A stretch of DNA of 64,000 bases from the human T2T-CHM13v2.0 reference genome, Homo sapiens (GCF_009914755.1 NC_060933.1); one strand, 5' to 3'. Positions 12,467-26,888 are shown, counted from the stretch's first letter. The notes: generated by a model not told the origin, from the sequence alone. Numbers and translations are program-made.

Positions 12467-13565
12467 ACAACATTTTACAAAAAGAAACAGATTGTTCTAT
12501 TCACTATATTAAAATACACAGAAAAAGGAGATGAAAAAACAAATCTTTGCATTGCAGGAGAGGGATTTACATTGCCCATTGAATAAAGACTAAGCAGATC
12601 TTTTTTCCCACCTTCTTCTAGGTTACTCAGAATGGCTAAATCAAGGGAATGCCTGGCTAATGAGAATATGTGTATGTGTCTCTGGGATTCCAGGGCTGTG
12701 CCTAGGATGGCAGAATGGAAAAAATCTTGGAATAAATTTTCCAATCTTCCTCTCCCTAGTTCTAGTAAAACGCAATCACGGGAGGCTTCTGTTTACCCTA
12801 GTAAAATCAATACCGCCCCCCCACCCACACACACACACTTTTATGTCTCAATTTAAGAACTTTGAGAAATGGTTTTGATATTTGATATTTGCAAGGATTT
12901 TAGAGAAACTCCCTTTGTCATTTTATGGTAAGCATATTAACAAAAGAAGATGTCTGGCTGCTTCAGAAATGTTTCAGGGTATGAGGTGACAATACTTCCC
13001 ATGAGCTATCCAAATTCAGAAAAAAATTGGGGAATTGCTAAAAAAAATCTAGTAATAATGCATGCATGTTGGAATTTATAGGTTAGTAGTATACAAATTA
13101 AATATATTTTAACATTACTCATTTATAAGAAGCCAAATGTAAGTACAAATGACTGGAAAATAAAATGGCATAGGATTTTAGGGTTGTTGTTGTTGTTGAT
13201 TATCTATAAATTATGGATATAAGGGATAGTAGGTCCTGGTCTTAGGACACTCTTAGGTCATTGATTCAACAGATATTCCCAAATGGAAACAATAGAGTCA
13301 TATCTAAAAAGTAAATTTATTACGAAGTCTCATAAAATATAACGTATTTCTCTGCTTACATGAAGTATTCTTCTGTTCAGTTACTTCCATCAAGAAAAGA
13401 CAAGACTTTATTCAGTTTATGGTTTATTATGATTTAGATAATTAATATAACATCTTGTTTTTAAAAGGTTTAAAAAAGAGAGGAGTCAGTTGCTATACTT
13501 ACTGTGCTAAAAAAGGGCGGGGGCTAAAATACTGCATTAAAACTGAGTAGGATTCTGATGATGCT

Positions 13566-13640
13566 GAAGAAGAGGAGGAGGGGAGGGAAGAGGAGAAGGA
13601 GAATGAGGAAGAAAAGAGGTAGTAGAAGAGGAAGAGGAGA
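13566..13640. repeat. GA-rich low-complexity tract (GAGGAA/GAG-like)
   Basis: gaagaagaggaggaggggagggaagaggagaaggagaatgaggaagaaaagagg. Confidence 0.85.
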
Positions 13641-14121
13641 TTAGAAAAATTATACTAACTCTGATGTATTTCTGCAGGATAATAGACAGAGAGGATCCTT
13701 TCTATGTTAACTAGTTCTTCGAGTTCATGTAAGTCCTTGGAAATACATTAACTGAAATCCTTCACCTCTTTTGGGGAAATGACAGAGCCATTAGTTCAAA
13801 TATTTGGTAAATTAATTATAAACAACTGTAAACCTCCCTGCTCTCACTTTCTGGAGCAAACTCAATTGACTACATTATTCCAAACCAATTGTTCACTCTG
13901 ACTGTCCCGTAGCAATAAGACCAAGTCAGTAACTTCAAGGTTCCAGAAATGGACTGTGTATCTGGACTCATTTGTTAAATTGTTTCCATAGCAAGAAAAA
14001 AAATTCTGAAAATGTAAGAAATACAAAAAGAAAACATCAGCTTACTAGCCCACAGTCACCTGGTGAGACAGCAATAAAGACAGTAGTTTGATATCTGCCA
14101 TTCAAAAAGCTTTTAACTTGC

Positions 14122-14144
14122 AGAGAGAGAGAGAAAGAGAGAGA
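14122..14144. repeat. (GA)n microsatellite
   Basis: agagagagagagaaagagagaga. Confidence 0.85.
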
Positions 14145-14214
14145 CTTTTTAAACTTTTCTATAGTGTGTTAACTATCCCCATGACCCACACGAGGGAGAA
14201 TTCTCTCTTATATT

Positions 14215-14455
14215 AATATCGCACTTTTATTCTTTGCTCATACAGTTTACTTATTTGAATTTGAATTGATTCCTACAACCACTTGGTAATATATATATAA
14301 GGCAGTTATAAGACCCATTTTACAAATAAGGAAACTGAGCCCAAGAGGTTAAGTGACTTATTTCAAGTTATAGAGCCAGTTAAGAGCCAAGCTGAAAACA
14401 GAGTGCAGCTCTTTATTTTCTGAATTTAATGTAGTTTTCTAGAATGTCATGGTGC
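14215..14455 (-). mobile_element. MIR SINE
   Basis: cccattttacaaataaggaaactgagcccaagaggttaagtgactt matches the MIR core in reverse complement. Confidence 0.85.
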
Positions 14456-15009
14456 CTCCTTCATCATTCATCGTTACCTCTTCCCCGTGGTTCCTGGCAT
14501 GAAAATCTGTTTTTGCTTGGGAACTTGAAGAATAAAGACTGTGTATCCTCTTATGTAGTAAACAGAGATGAACGAAGTAATAACGTATTAAGCATCTGAA
14601 AGCAAAGACTTTTTCTGCATATGGCTTTCTAGTTCTTAAACTTTTTATTTTTTTCTCTTACTCACTTTTGTTTATTCAAAAGAAAGTCCCCACAGCATCT
14701 CCTGAAACTTGAAAAGGCTAATTTGTTTCCCCCACATGAAATCCTCATCTCCTGTTTTTTTAACAAGAGTTGAAAAAAAATCATCAAACAGGTGTTTGTT
14801 TTCTTAAAAACACAAATAACATTTAATTTTATTCATTCTGCTTCAAAAATAAGCATTTTATTCATTAGTCCAGAATTAAACATTTTCAAAGAGCTTTGTT
14901 GCTGACTAGTTGCATGCCATTTGAAGTTTTAAATGTCATTTGATGAGTTTTAGCAGTACAGACATAGAAATAATAAAAAGATGTATGTTAACTAATGAAA
15001 TACATAATA

Positions 15010-15584
15010 CAGTCATGTGCCACATAGCAACATTTTGGTCTGATGAGGGTACCATAAATTTATAATGGACCTGAAAAATACCTATCTCCTAGTTATGTCA
15101 TAGCAGTTGTAACATTGTAGCACAATTACTTTTTTAAAAAATATAGCATAGCCTAAGTGTAAAGTGTTTAGGAAGTCTACGGTAGTATACAGTAACGTCC
15201 TAGGCCTTCATTCACTCAGCTCTCACTCACTGACTCATCCAGAGAAACTTCCAGTCCTGCAAGCTCCACTAATGGTAAGTTTCCTATATAGGTGTACCAC
15301 TTTTATCTTTTATACTCTATTTTTACTATACCTTTTCTATATTTAGATATGTTTAGATGCACAAATATTTACTGTTACGTTACAATTGCCTACAGTATTT
15401 AGTTCAGTCACATGCTATACATGTTTGCAGCCTAGGAGCAATAGTTAAACCATATAGCCTAGCTATATAGTAGGCTATACCATTTAGACTTGTGTAAGTA
15501 CACTCTGTGGTGTTTACACAACAATGAAATCACCTAACATGCATGTCTCTGAACTTATCCCCCAAATTAAGTGATGCATGATTG
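15010..15584 (+). mobile_element. Tigger3 (Golem)-family non-autonomous TcMar transposon
   Basis: Termini ta|cagtcatgtgccacata...ttaagtgatgcatgattg|ta with TA target duplication; internal gtcctaggccttcattcactca...ttccagtcctgcaagctcca typical of Tigger3 derivatives. Confidence 0.9.
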
Positions 15585-16067
15585 TATTCTTGTTCTCAAG
15601 AAGCCCTCTTGGATGATTTTTAAAATAGTAAAAGAAATGTTAACAATAAAGAAATTTATTTGGTTTTGTCCACTGTTCACCACCTCAGTTAAAAAATTAA
15701 AGCTGAATGAAAGAAATAAAACTTTAGGATTTGAAAAGCAGGGAAAAAATTTCAAGAGATTATTTGTTTTGCATAATTTATTGTGAAAGTGCTTCCTCTG
15801 TTAGTATTTTGCTTCAGCAATACTACTATAAATACTGTACACCTCAATTGTTATTATTTATTAGCAATTATTAATTAATCAATGCACAAATAAAATCAGA
15901 AAACTTTGGGAAACATTTATTTATATATGTGCATGTATGTACAGATTATACCTGATCTACTTCATAAAGTAATTTTTATTAGCTTACAGCAAAAGACAAA
16001 GATGCAAAAAAAAAAAAAACAGAATTAAAAGGAAGGGTTAAATAGTAAAAGGGAAATATTCCAGTCA

Positions 16068-16225
16068 TAATTAAGAGCATCGTCTTTAGAGTCAGATAAA
16101 ACTGGCAGCTTGGCATTTCTAATCCAAGATTGTCTGGCTGTGTGACCTTGGACAATTCACTCAACTTCCCTGATCCCCAGCTCATTACTTAATCAAACAC
16201 AGATAATAATGCCCACCTTGAAGAA
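16068..16225 (+). mobile_element. MIR SINE
   Basis: ttaagagcatcgtctttagagtcagata...ggctgtgtgaccttggacaattcactcaacttccctg. Confidence 0.8.
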
Positions 16226-16784
16226 GATAGTGGCAGCTATTGTTTTCATTCCTGAAATGCTCTTGCTAATGAATTCTACACTAATTAAATACAAAAACAA
16301 AAATCTGACCTACACTCCCTGCGCCACTTATGATTATATAGAAATATATATTTAAAAAGCTAAACTCAAGTTCATTTTCTATGAAGGTTAGAAATACCAA
16401 GTTAAATTTTAAAACAAACACTGTAGAATGGTATTCATGAATACACCTCACATGTTGAGCAATATCTTATGGAAGTAAGCAATCAATTAAGAACCACAGC
16501 AGAAAATTGTAAGCAAACATCAGAGATAATGACATATATTTAGTTTTAAATTTATAGGCATGTTTTGCATTAAGATTTCATTTAGATGTTGCTGGTTTCT
16601 CTTTATAACACCCCTTGAAATGCAATATCTTTAGAGAAACTACTTCTATCATGCTGTAAAAATGAGCGCACAGCTTTCCAAGATTGGCTGTTGTTCGGAT
16701 GAGAACAAATAAAAGAAACAAAATGTCATGTACAAAATTGCTCATTTTGAATATAAACTGGAACTTTCTATTCATAACTTTCAT

Positions 16785-17010
16785 ACATATTTATGGAAAG
16801 CAGGCCACATTCGAGACACTGTTTTAAAGTACTGGGCTACAGCGTTAAGAAGCCAGAAAACGTTCTTGCCCTCATAGAGCGTTTTGTTCATTTGTAGTGA
16901 AGAAGATCATGAACACAGCAACAAAAAAATGATACAAATGGCATTTATAGATAAATGCTATGAAGACAAATAAAGCTGGATAAGGGAATAAAGAATGGCA
17001 GGGAAGACAG
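16785..17010 (-). mobile_element. L2 3' fragment
   Basis: gtactgggctacagcg...ttcttgccctcatagagc...ataaatgctatgaagacaaataaagctggataaggg. Confidence 0.7.
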
Positions 17011-17599
17011 GGGCCAGTGAGATGGGGCCAGCTTTTACTATGAATTCCATGTGAAGGTAGAAGGAAAATATTATTTCAAGCACAATTCCAGAAAACCTTA
17101 AGTTTCGTTGTTAAATTGCCAAATCACTTACCCACCTTAACCTCTCAAAAAAAAAAAAAAAAAAATTCCAAAGAAACAGAGTAATTTTGCTCCTTGCCTC
17201 AGCCCTAAGTCATCTCCCAGACAAAAAAGCAATCATCATTGTCAAATTTAAAAGGGAAAAGGAAAGACTTTTATTTGAATGAAAAGATTTTTTTCAGTGT
17301 GATAGAGAGGGAAGACTGAAATAAACAGAATTTACAACCTTCGCACCTTTGCACCTTCCTCTTCTAGCAGTATGGCAAACTAAATAACTTGCACTGAAAA
17401 CGAGTTAAAAAGCTGTATACTTTTTTAAAAAATATATTTTGTTTATGTCATTGATCTGCACAGTTTGAATACAAAAATATATATAACAGAGAATATATTG
17501 AGGGCTTTTGCTGCCACCCCTGCCCCCTCTGCTCACTCTGTGCCCCAACCTGCCTCCTCTAGCTTATCACTTGTGTTACTTTCTTTTGCATCCTTCCAC

Positions 17600-17775
17600 G
17601 TCATAGCTGTGTAACCTCAGTCACATTATTTAACCCCTCTATGCTTCAATTTCTGCATCTGCAAAAATAAATAAAACAGTATCCACATTGAAGGGTCTTA
17701 ATGAGTATTAATTGGTTTAATATTCAGAAAACACATCAAAGAATTCCTGACAAAAGAAATGTGTAAGCTATCAGT
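17600..17775 (+). mobile_element. MIR SINE
   Basis: tagctgtgtaacctcagtcacattatttaacccctctatgcttcaatttctgcatctgcaaaaa. Confidence 0.75.
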
Positions 17776-17849
17776 TAAGTAAATCAACGCATACAGCAAA
17801 TAAGAAAATATATTCGTAACTTCCTCCTCAATTGTACAAAAGATAGAAT

Positions 17850-18246
17850 ATAATACCCTCTAGTTTGTGATTTGGCATTTTTTTACTTAAAATATCTCAT
17901 TATTGGTACAGGGATCTTTCTCATTCTTTTTTTTTTAAGCTGCATAGTATTACATTGAATAGATGTACCATATTTAATTTAAATGCTTCTCTGTTGATCA
18001 TTTGGGATGCTTCCAGTCTTCTGCTTTTAGAAACAATGCTTCATTGGAAAACCACATAAATATATCATCTTGTAGGTATGCAGGTAAATCTATCGGACAA
18101 ATTTTCAAAAGTGAGATTGCAGAATTGAAGAGTTAAATACATCAATTATTTTATATACATTTCCAAACTGCTCTCTGTAGTTTCCAAATTGCTCCCTGTA
18201 GTGTTTGTATCGTGTTGTACCCCACCAGCATCTATGAAGGTGCCTG
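17850..18246 (-). mobile_element. Ancient L1ME-type 3' fragment
   Basis: ctcattctttt...gctgcatagtattacattgaatagatgtaccata...ttccaaattgctc...cccaccagca is a typical L1M reverse-complement motif series. Confidence 0.75.
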
Positions 18247-18275
18247 AGAAAACATCTTTTAAAAATACATTGTTG

Positions 18276-18575
<300 letters not shown>

Positions 18576-19379
18576 GTAAAGGCTTTTGAGAACCAACCAA
18601 CCAATCAAACAAACAAAAAACACATATGACAAAGCTAGAATCAAGAGAAGTGGGCTCTATATTAAACAATTATATTTTAAAAGATTTAAATGATAAAATA
18701 ATTCTTGTCATAAAAACTTAGAGTGATGTGCATAGTACAAAAGAACAGCCCTCCCCTGTAAACAGCCGTCTTATCCTCCAGCCTCCCTTCACTTTCTTAA
18801 ACTGACTCTATTTAACCTGTGATTAATTATTTTCCTAAACTATGTTTTGAAGTTTTAGATATGATGTCGTTCTGGGAACAGGGCTATTTATAATGTTGAT
18901 GTGTGTTTAAACTGTGAGAGATTTGCAAAGTTTAAATACAAATATTTGGGTAGAAAAATAAGCTTCCCTTTAATAAACTTACAAACATACCTAATCCGGA
19001 AAGGAGAAGGAGGGCATTTAAGCTTTTATTTCTGAGCTATCTGCCAACCCTCATGAGCTTTCATTTCAATAGGTGTGGGGAGTACAGGAGACAGGATAGT
19101 AATCTTAGGACCTTCTCCTAATGGAGATTCTAATAGGAGACCTCCATGACATTAGATAATTTTTGAGATTTAATAGCTGCAAAAATTCCTGAGAATTAAT
19201 ACTACAAAGTTGTTCTCTTGTGGATTTTCAGCCCAAATTTATACTACCTATGTGGGCGAGAGGGAGCCCAATCCAATACAAAAATTTATCTCAAATAAAT
19301 GGTAGTACCCTTAGATACCTATCTTGAAGCAAATGCAATCCTCTTAAAAAAAAATGAAACTTCAATCCAGACTTCAAAG

Positions 19380-19915
19380 AATTCACACAAAGTTCTACAA
19401 AATATAAATTAACAATCAAAAATGACAAAAACACTAAAGTAAACAAAATACCCTAACTGAAACACAGACAGAAAATCTAGATTCCTTAAGACTTCAGATA
19501 CTAGAATTACAGGATCCAAATATGAAATTAGTATGCTTCCTGTGATTCAAGAAATAAAAAGTGATACATATTATGTAAGTGATAAGCAGGAGACAATGAA
19601 TAACACCAAACGTATTTGCAAAAAAGCAAAAACATTTGCAGAAATGAAAAATGTATTGTTTGAAATCGAATTTCAGTGGACATTAAATTGCAAAGTAGAC
19701 ACAACTGAAGAGAGACTTAGTGAAGACATTATCCTCAATGCAGCACAGAAAGGCAAGGAGCTAGAAAATTTAAAAAACAAAGGAAGAGAAATAGAAGATG
19801 AAGGTCTACCATAAAATTAACTAGAATCACAGAAAGATAGGGAGAGAAAATGAGAGGCAATATTTAAGAAGATACTCTGCAGTTTTTCACAACTGATAAA
19901 AGATGTTACTTCTCT
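19380..19915 (+). mobile_element. Ancient L1M/HAL1 ORF1 remnant
   Basis: ORF 19533-19814 translation EMKNVLFEIEFQWTLNCKVDTTEERLSEDIILNAAQKGKELENLK resembles the ORF1p coiled coil of old L1 lineages (EMKN..LNSRLDTAEERISE..EIIQN). Confidence 0.75.
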
Positions 19916-20082
19916 GACTTAGCAAAATCATCCCTTTCCTGCTTATCCAATATCTTTTTCCAAAAATTGTGGCTAACTCTACTCAAGATGCTCATAATTC
20001 CAGTATTAATTATCTAAGAATTCTTCCAAGGATCTCCCAAGAACACATTTCTCAATCTTGTTTCTCAGGGTCTACTTAAAAG

Positions 20083-20330
20083 GTAGTGGGGTATTGTGGA
20101 AAGCCTCTGGGAGTATAAGAATCTGGATCAAGGTCTGGTCTTTGCATAGCCTATCTTTGTAGTGCCAGGCAACGTACTTAAGCCTTCTGAGCTTCAGCAT
20201 TCTCATGCTTAAAATGGGAATAATGGAATCTACCTTAAAAGACAGGTTATGAAAATTAAATGCTGTAGCATATATAAAATGCCCAGCATACTGCCTGGCA
20301 TATTTTAGGTACTTAGCACATGTTCATTCC
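20083..20330 (+). mobile_element. MIR SINE
   Basis: tacttaagccttctgagcttcagcattctcatgcttaaaatgggaataat...gcccagcatactgcctggcata. Confidence 0.85.
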
Positions 20331-20719
20331 ATTTGCACATCATTAATTCTCACAGTCCCAGATCATGAGAGCCTTCAGACAGACGGGCCCATCAAAGCCC
20401 TTCTGTCAGGTACACTCACACCACTCAATCATTCACTGGTTTTGGTATTAATCACACCAATGAGCTTGGTAGGAGCCAGCATGCTTCTTTCCACCACATA
20501 TGGCAACCCACCCTCAAGTGAGAATACTTGTTTTCACCCCAGTAGTATCTACAGGCTTCAGATACAGGCAGATATATGAGCAACAGGACGGTGTGGAACA
20601 CCCCTTTGAGGAGGAGCTGCATCATCACATGCCACTCGTCCAACTCATGTATTGTGGGAAAACAACAGAGGCCCATTTGCTGTTTTAATTTCAAAGAATC
20701 CTCTTTGTTCATTCTTTAT

Positions 20720-20780
20720 TATTTCATTCAACAAAGATTTGTTGAGCCCATTTTTTGTGTGTGCCAGACACTATTCTAGC
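20720..20780 (-). mobile_element. L2 extreme 3' end
   Basis: ttcattcaacaaagatttgttgagcc...tgtgtgccagacactattctag. Confidence 0.7.
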
Positions 20781-22789
20781 CCTGACTTCAGGACCACATC
20801 AGTCCCAGAAATCATGAGGCTGTTTTCAAAAGACCACTCTAGGTGAATCCAGAAGTTCAAGGAATTTGAGTTTAATTTTTTTTTTTAATCTTCAATTGAT
20901 GGAGGAGGAACCAAAGGAGTTGGAACTATTTTGAAATAATGCACATATGTCCAAATGAAAACAAATTGAGTCAGTAAATAATATCTCCCTAATCACTTCT
21001 ATCAAAAACTAATATAATCCCCTTATCAATGATCTTTAAAAGAGAGTTGGGAGATATTTTTCTTGTAGTAATGCAAAGGAAATTAATATCACTTCATCAG
21101 AGCCTAGGAGGAAATTACTGTGAAACACAGTCTCAGCTAAATGCATATAATATGAAACCTAGTTTCATATATAGGTGTAAACTAGGCTGTGATGTGGATT
21201 TGCAAGTAAATAGAACACCTTGAAACTAGACTCAAGCTGCTAGAGGGTTTTGTTTCCAATCCCTTGACCTAGGGTTTAAATTGGATGAAATCTTTCAGGA
21301 TATTGTACCAGTGACTCTCTTTGGTGGAGGAGAGCCAGTGAAATGTACTGTCAGCAGACACAATACCTTTTCACTTTCTTATTTTGTCTTCATTACTCAG
21401 CCTCTGTTGCCGCCTCCTCCAAACACTCTCAGGCTTGCCGCTTGCCTTGGTGCCTCTGTTTGCTCCATTCTCTATCATTATCCTTCTGATTTGAGGACAC
21501 AGCTATTGATGTTGATTGCTATCTGGTCACATGACGGAGGCTGAAAAGGCAAAGTAAAGCAAGCCCTCTTTTCCTCACTCACACACACGCAAAGACTGTT
21601 CTTCGGTTTCCAGAGACCACAGGATGTCTATGCACAATTCAATACTGTAAATGGTTAAAGCCAAAGGTAGGGGGAAGGGATGTGCTCCAGTGATTGCTTT
21701 ATAATTTTCTCATTTGCATACAGTGGGGCTAAGTTAATAAATAAATGTGCTCTGAGGCTGCAGGCCTGATACAGAGGTCTAGTTCTGTGCTAAATTGACA
21801 TTCATCTTCAGAGCCTGAATGTCTTCACCTGACTCCCTTCTTGCCTATTCTTCTCCCTCCAAACGCAGCCTTACTGGGCTGTCATGCAATGCCGTAGCTC
21901 ATGGAAGTCCCTGACTAGGAAACCTCATCACGACCAGCCCTCCTCTGTGTTTTTACCACGCTTGTCCTGGCAGAAACAAATGCACAGGTTCCTGTCTCCT
22001 TCGTGTGCACAGGAATCCTGAGGGGAAAAACCTTCCTCTATCCAGCCAGCTCGATCAGCTGAGTCAACCCCCACCTGCAGAAGGATAACAAATGTCACAG
22101 TCAGGTTCCCATCACATCTAGAGGAGTAAACATAAACTTTGAAAGCAGATCTTTAGAATTTGCATTCAGCATGGCCACTGACTGGTCAGGCACAAATGGG
22201 GAGGCCATTTAACTCTTGGAGGCTCATTCACTTCATCCTAAAATGGGGATTAGCAATATGGGATATTGCAGCGCTTGAATATGGGGATGTATTGAAAGTT
22301 CTACGAAAATTGCTATGTACTACAGAACTGCAAATTTTCTCTTCCCTTCTATGTTCACTGCGAGCAGGTTTTTTTTTTTTTTTGCGGCGCTTATTGGGGT
22401 TGAGGGGTCTTCCTTCTGTTTTGCCAAGTGATAGCTATCTAGTTAACTAGTGTTAAGTTGCATGGAGTTCATGGCTTAATTTACTCACAGGCCCTCCCTT
22501 CCAATTTTGTGCCTCAAAAGAGATCTTCTGGTACAGTGTTTAACCCAGGGTTATTTCAGTCATGGGGATTTGGAGCACGTTGGTAGTTCTAGTTGGAGTA
22601 AGATTGCGGTGCCTTTTTGTATCCATCAAATCACTCCATTATTTTACACAAACAACTGGCCCACAGGATTTTCTTGAGATAGCCCAAGTCATTTATAGTA
22701 AATATATCTAACATTATCATTGCTAACTCATTCTCTGTTTCAGAAATGAATGAATCCAATTTCCCAGTGTAAGTGATCAGCAGTGTTTG

Positions 22790-23910
22790 TGAAATAGGTA
22801 ATGTCTAAGAAAAGTCTTTGAAAATCAGAAAAAGAAGCAGAGTACCCTCAAGAAGAAAAACAAGCAAAGGTGAAGACAGAAAGATGAGAAGGTTGGAGAG
22901 AGGTTGTAGAAAACTAATCTGATTAGGCTGGGGAAATTTCTCAGGAGAGAAAGAAGTTCCCAGGTCAATTACATTTAGAAACACTTCAAACAGTCTTTTT
23001 GGAGACTTGCAGTGCTCCTTAGAATATTAACCTGCTATATGGAAATCACAATTGAGTAACTCTTATTTTACCTGACAGTTTTTTTTTTCAGGGGACATAT
23101 ATCTATTATCATTGGCATAAGCCAATAATTGATGGACCTTTCGTAGAGCCTTTAAATCAGGGCAATGGCACAGTCAATATTTTGTTTCAAACATAGCCAT
23201 CTAACAAAATGCAAAGGCGTAAAAATAAAAGGAATCTAACTGGCAATAGAGAAATATGTACAGGTTGTTGTGTTAGTCCAGGAGAGTGATACTAATGATA
23301 GTTTTTATAGTTCTAGATAAAAGGATGAATATAAAGACATGGCAGAAGGAAAATATGTGAGCTTTGGCATCTGATCAGTGGGGATGATCTAGATAAAGCA
23401 ATCTAAAAATGACGAAGATTTCAAACTGCCATGATGGGAAGCAAAAAATGATTTGATTTTAGATAGAGAAGCTCGGAGGTTCCCGTGGGAAAATGGTAGA
23501 AATCTGGGTTTACCACTTGAAAGGAGAGATATGCCAGGGTTTAGGGAATCATCTTCAGAGAAGTCATCATTGAAATTGCTGAAGCAGCTGATATCTCTGA
23601 TAAATTATATAGTAAGAAAAGAGATCAGGGTTGACATGAGACCTTGGAGGATTGTCTGGCTTTAAGGGGCAGAAAGAGGAAGAGGTGCTAACAAAGAATG
23701 CAGCAAAAAAAAAAGAGAAAAGCTAGTGTAGAACACTGTCACAGAAGCAAGTGAAAAAGGTTTTAGAAGAAGGGCATAATCAATGGCATCATAAACTGAT
23801 GAGAGTTTCAGGAAGAAGAAAGCTAAGAAAAAGCCATTGGCTTTGATGCTTAATCATGGACAGCTCAGAGGGAAATGTTCTCAGAGAGAAGTGGCAGATA
23901 GACCACTAGG
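22790..23910 (-). mobile_element. L2 fragments (interrupted at ~22958-23110)
   Basis: Purine-rich L2-like motifs: gtccaggagagtgat, agagccttggagg-like, aacactgtcacagaagcaagtg, gccattggctttg. Confidence 0.6.
22958..23110. mobile_element. Charlie4-like hAT DNA transposon fragment
   Basis: ggtcaattacatttagaaacact...ttttggagacttgcagtgctccttagaatattaa resembles the remembered Charlie4z consensus. Confidence 0.45.
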
Positions 23911-23944
23911 AACTGAGACTGTGGTGCTAGGTAGGTCTAGACAC

Positions 23945-24112
23945 CGTTGTGCATTTGAATCAGCTGTGGATTTGATTGCTGTTGTTGTTTAATGCATGTA
24001 ATCAAAACCCACCTAGAGATTCTGATGCAGTAGGTTTATGATAGAGCCTAATTATCTCTTGTGAGTGAGTTTAGAGGTGATACAAATAAAGGACTATGTT
24101 TTGAGAATACTG
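23945..24112. mobile_element. MER5-type DNA transposon fossil
   Basis: tgcatttgaatcagctg...cccacctagagattctgatgcagtaggttt...ttttgagaatactg. Confidence 0.65.
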
Positions 24113-24147
24113 ACAATGAGAGTGAAGACAGAAGAATATCAGGATCA

Positions 24148-24720
<573 letters not shown>

Positions 24721-24794
24721 TTGGGGAACCAAAATTGGAGGTTTATCACAGCCAATTTGGGAAATTCTAATAGTAAACCCAAGAGGCTTGCAAT

Positions 24795-25480
24795 TTTAAA
24801 TAGAGTTGTCAGGGAGGCCTCACTAAAATGATGATATTTGTACCCAGATCTGAAGTTGGTAAGGGAGTAAGGGATGTGGATATCTGCTTAACAGCACCCC
24901 AAGCAAGAGGAATAGCCTGTGCAAAGGCCCTGAGGTAGGAGACCACCCAATATGTTAAAAGAACAGCAGTGTGTGAGAAGATGAGGTCACAGAATTAATA
25001 AGGGGAGGAGAGACAGTGACTCCTATGACCCATGATTACATAAGATGTTGTACAACATTGTAAAGAATTTATTTTTATGTTAAGTAAAATAGGAATTCAT
25101 TCAAGGGTAGAATGGAGAGTGATATTATCTGACATGTTTTTTAAAAATCCTGGCTGCAGAAAATAGGCTGAAAGGAGGCAAGTAAGAAACCAGGAAGACC
25201 AACTACCAGGCTACTGTAATAATCCAGGCTAGAAATTAGAGTGACTTAGACCAGAAATGTAGCTCTGAAAATGGTTTAAATTGTTTTTAATGTTGAGTTT
25301 TCAATATAGTTTTTAAAGAAAGAACAAATAGGTTGCTGATGGATTAAATATGGAGTGTGAGAAAGCACTCAAAAAATGACTCCCCATGTTTTTTAGCAAG
25401 AGCAGCCAGGTCATAACGTTACCCATAACGGCATGACCATGTGGGGAGAGGGTGAGGGCGGGGCAGATCAGGAGCTAATG
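24795..25480 (-). mobile_element. L2a fragment
   Basis: gtcagggaggcctcact...aagaggaatagcctgtgcaaaggccctgaggtagga...aggctactgtaataatccaggc...gttgctgatggattaaatatggagtgtgag. Confidence 0.85.
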
Positions 25481-25984
25481 AGTGTGAGTTAGCTGTTAGT
25501 ATTGTAGCTTCTCTTATGATCACCTTCTCTTATCCTAGAAATTATCTTTTTTTCATTGAGTGGCATTGGCTTTATTGAGATTATAAATTAGGTATTTTTT
25601 TATATTTGGAAAGATCTTCACAACTTCAGCTTCTCTGAAGCAGCAGTTTCTGCTGGTTGAGAAGTATGAGAAAACTATAATTTCAAAATAATGCAGGGAC
25701 AAACCCTACACTGGAAATGAGCTTTCTGGTTAGAAAATATTTTCTTTATCCCATGGAATTCACTACTTCTTGTCCAGATTAATTCTTTTTAGTGTTCCTT
25801 ATTTTGCAATTTACTTTTTCAGAATAAGTGGATTTACAGCATAATCTAGGTTTGCTGCACAAACAGCACACTGCACAACTTTGTTTATGTTGTGGCTTCT
25901 TGCTCCCTAGAGTGGCTCGGTGCAGCTACCCTGAGAGCAGTGTGAACTTCGAAAGTAATAACTGGTCATTGCAGAGAATGTGGA

Positions 25985-26712
<728 letters not shown>

Positions 26713-26727
<15 letters not shown>

Positions 26728-26888
26728 GAAGAAAGAGAGAGAGAGAGAGGCAGGGAGGGAGAGAGAGAGAGAAAGAAAGAAAGGGAAAGAAAGAAGGGAG
26801 GGAGGGAGGGAGGGAAGGAAGGAAGGAAGGAAGGAAGGAAGGAAGGAAGGAAGGAAGAAAGGAAAGAAAGAAAGAAAGAGAGAAGAGA
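26713..26888. repeat. Alu-tail-derived polypurine compound microsatellite: A, (GA)n, (GAAA)n, (GGGA)n, (GGAA)11
   Basis: Purine-only except one C at 26751; 11 consecutive GGAA at 26813-26856. Confidence 0.97.

Noticed and set aside
18160-18201. 21-bp tandem duplication with two mismatches
   Set aside because: Ordinary old slippage duplication within L1ME
20452-20846. Overlapping ORFs in several frames, including EHPFEEELHHH
   Set aside because: No recognisable protein; an acceptor-like site at ~20542 has no good donor; the 3' part runs into L2
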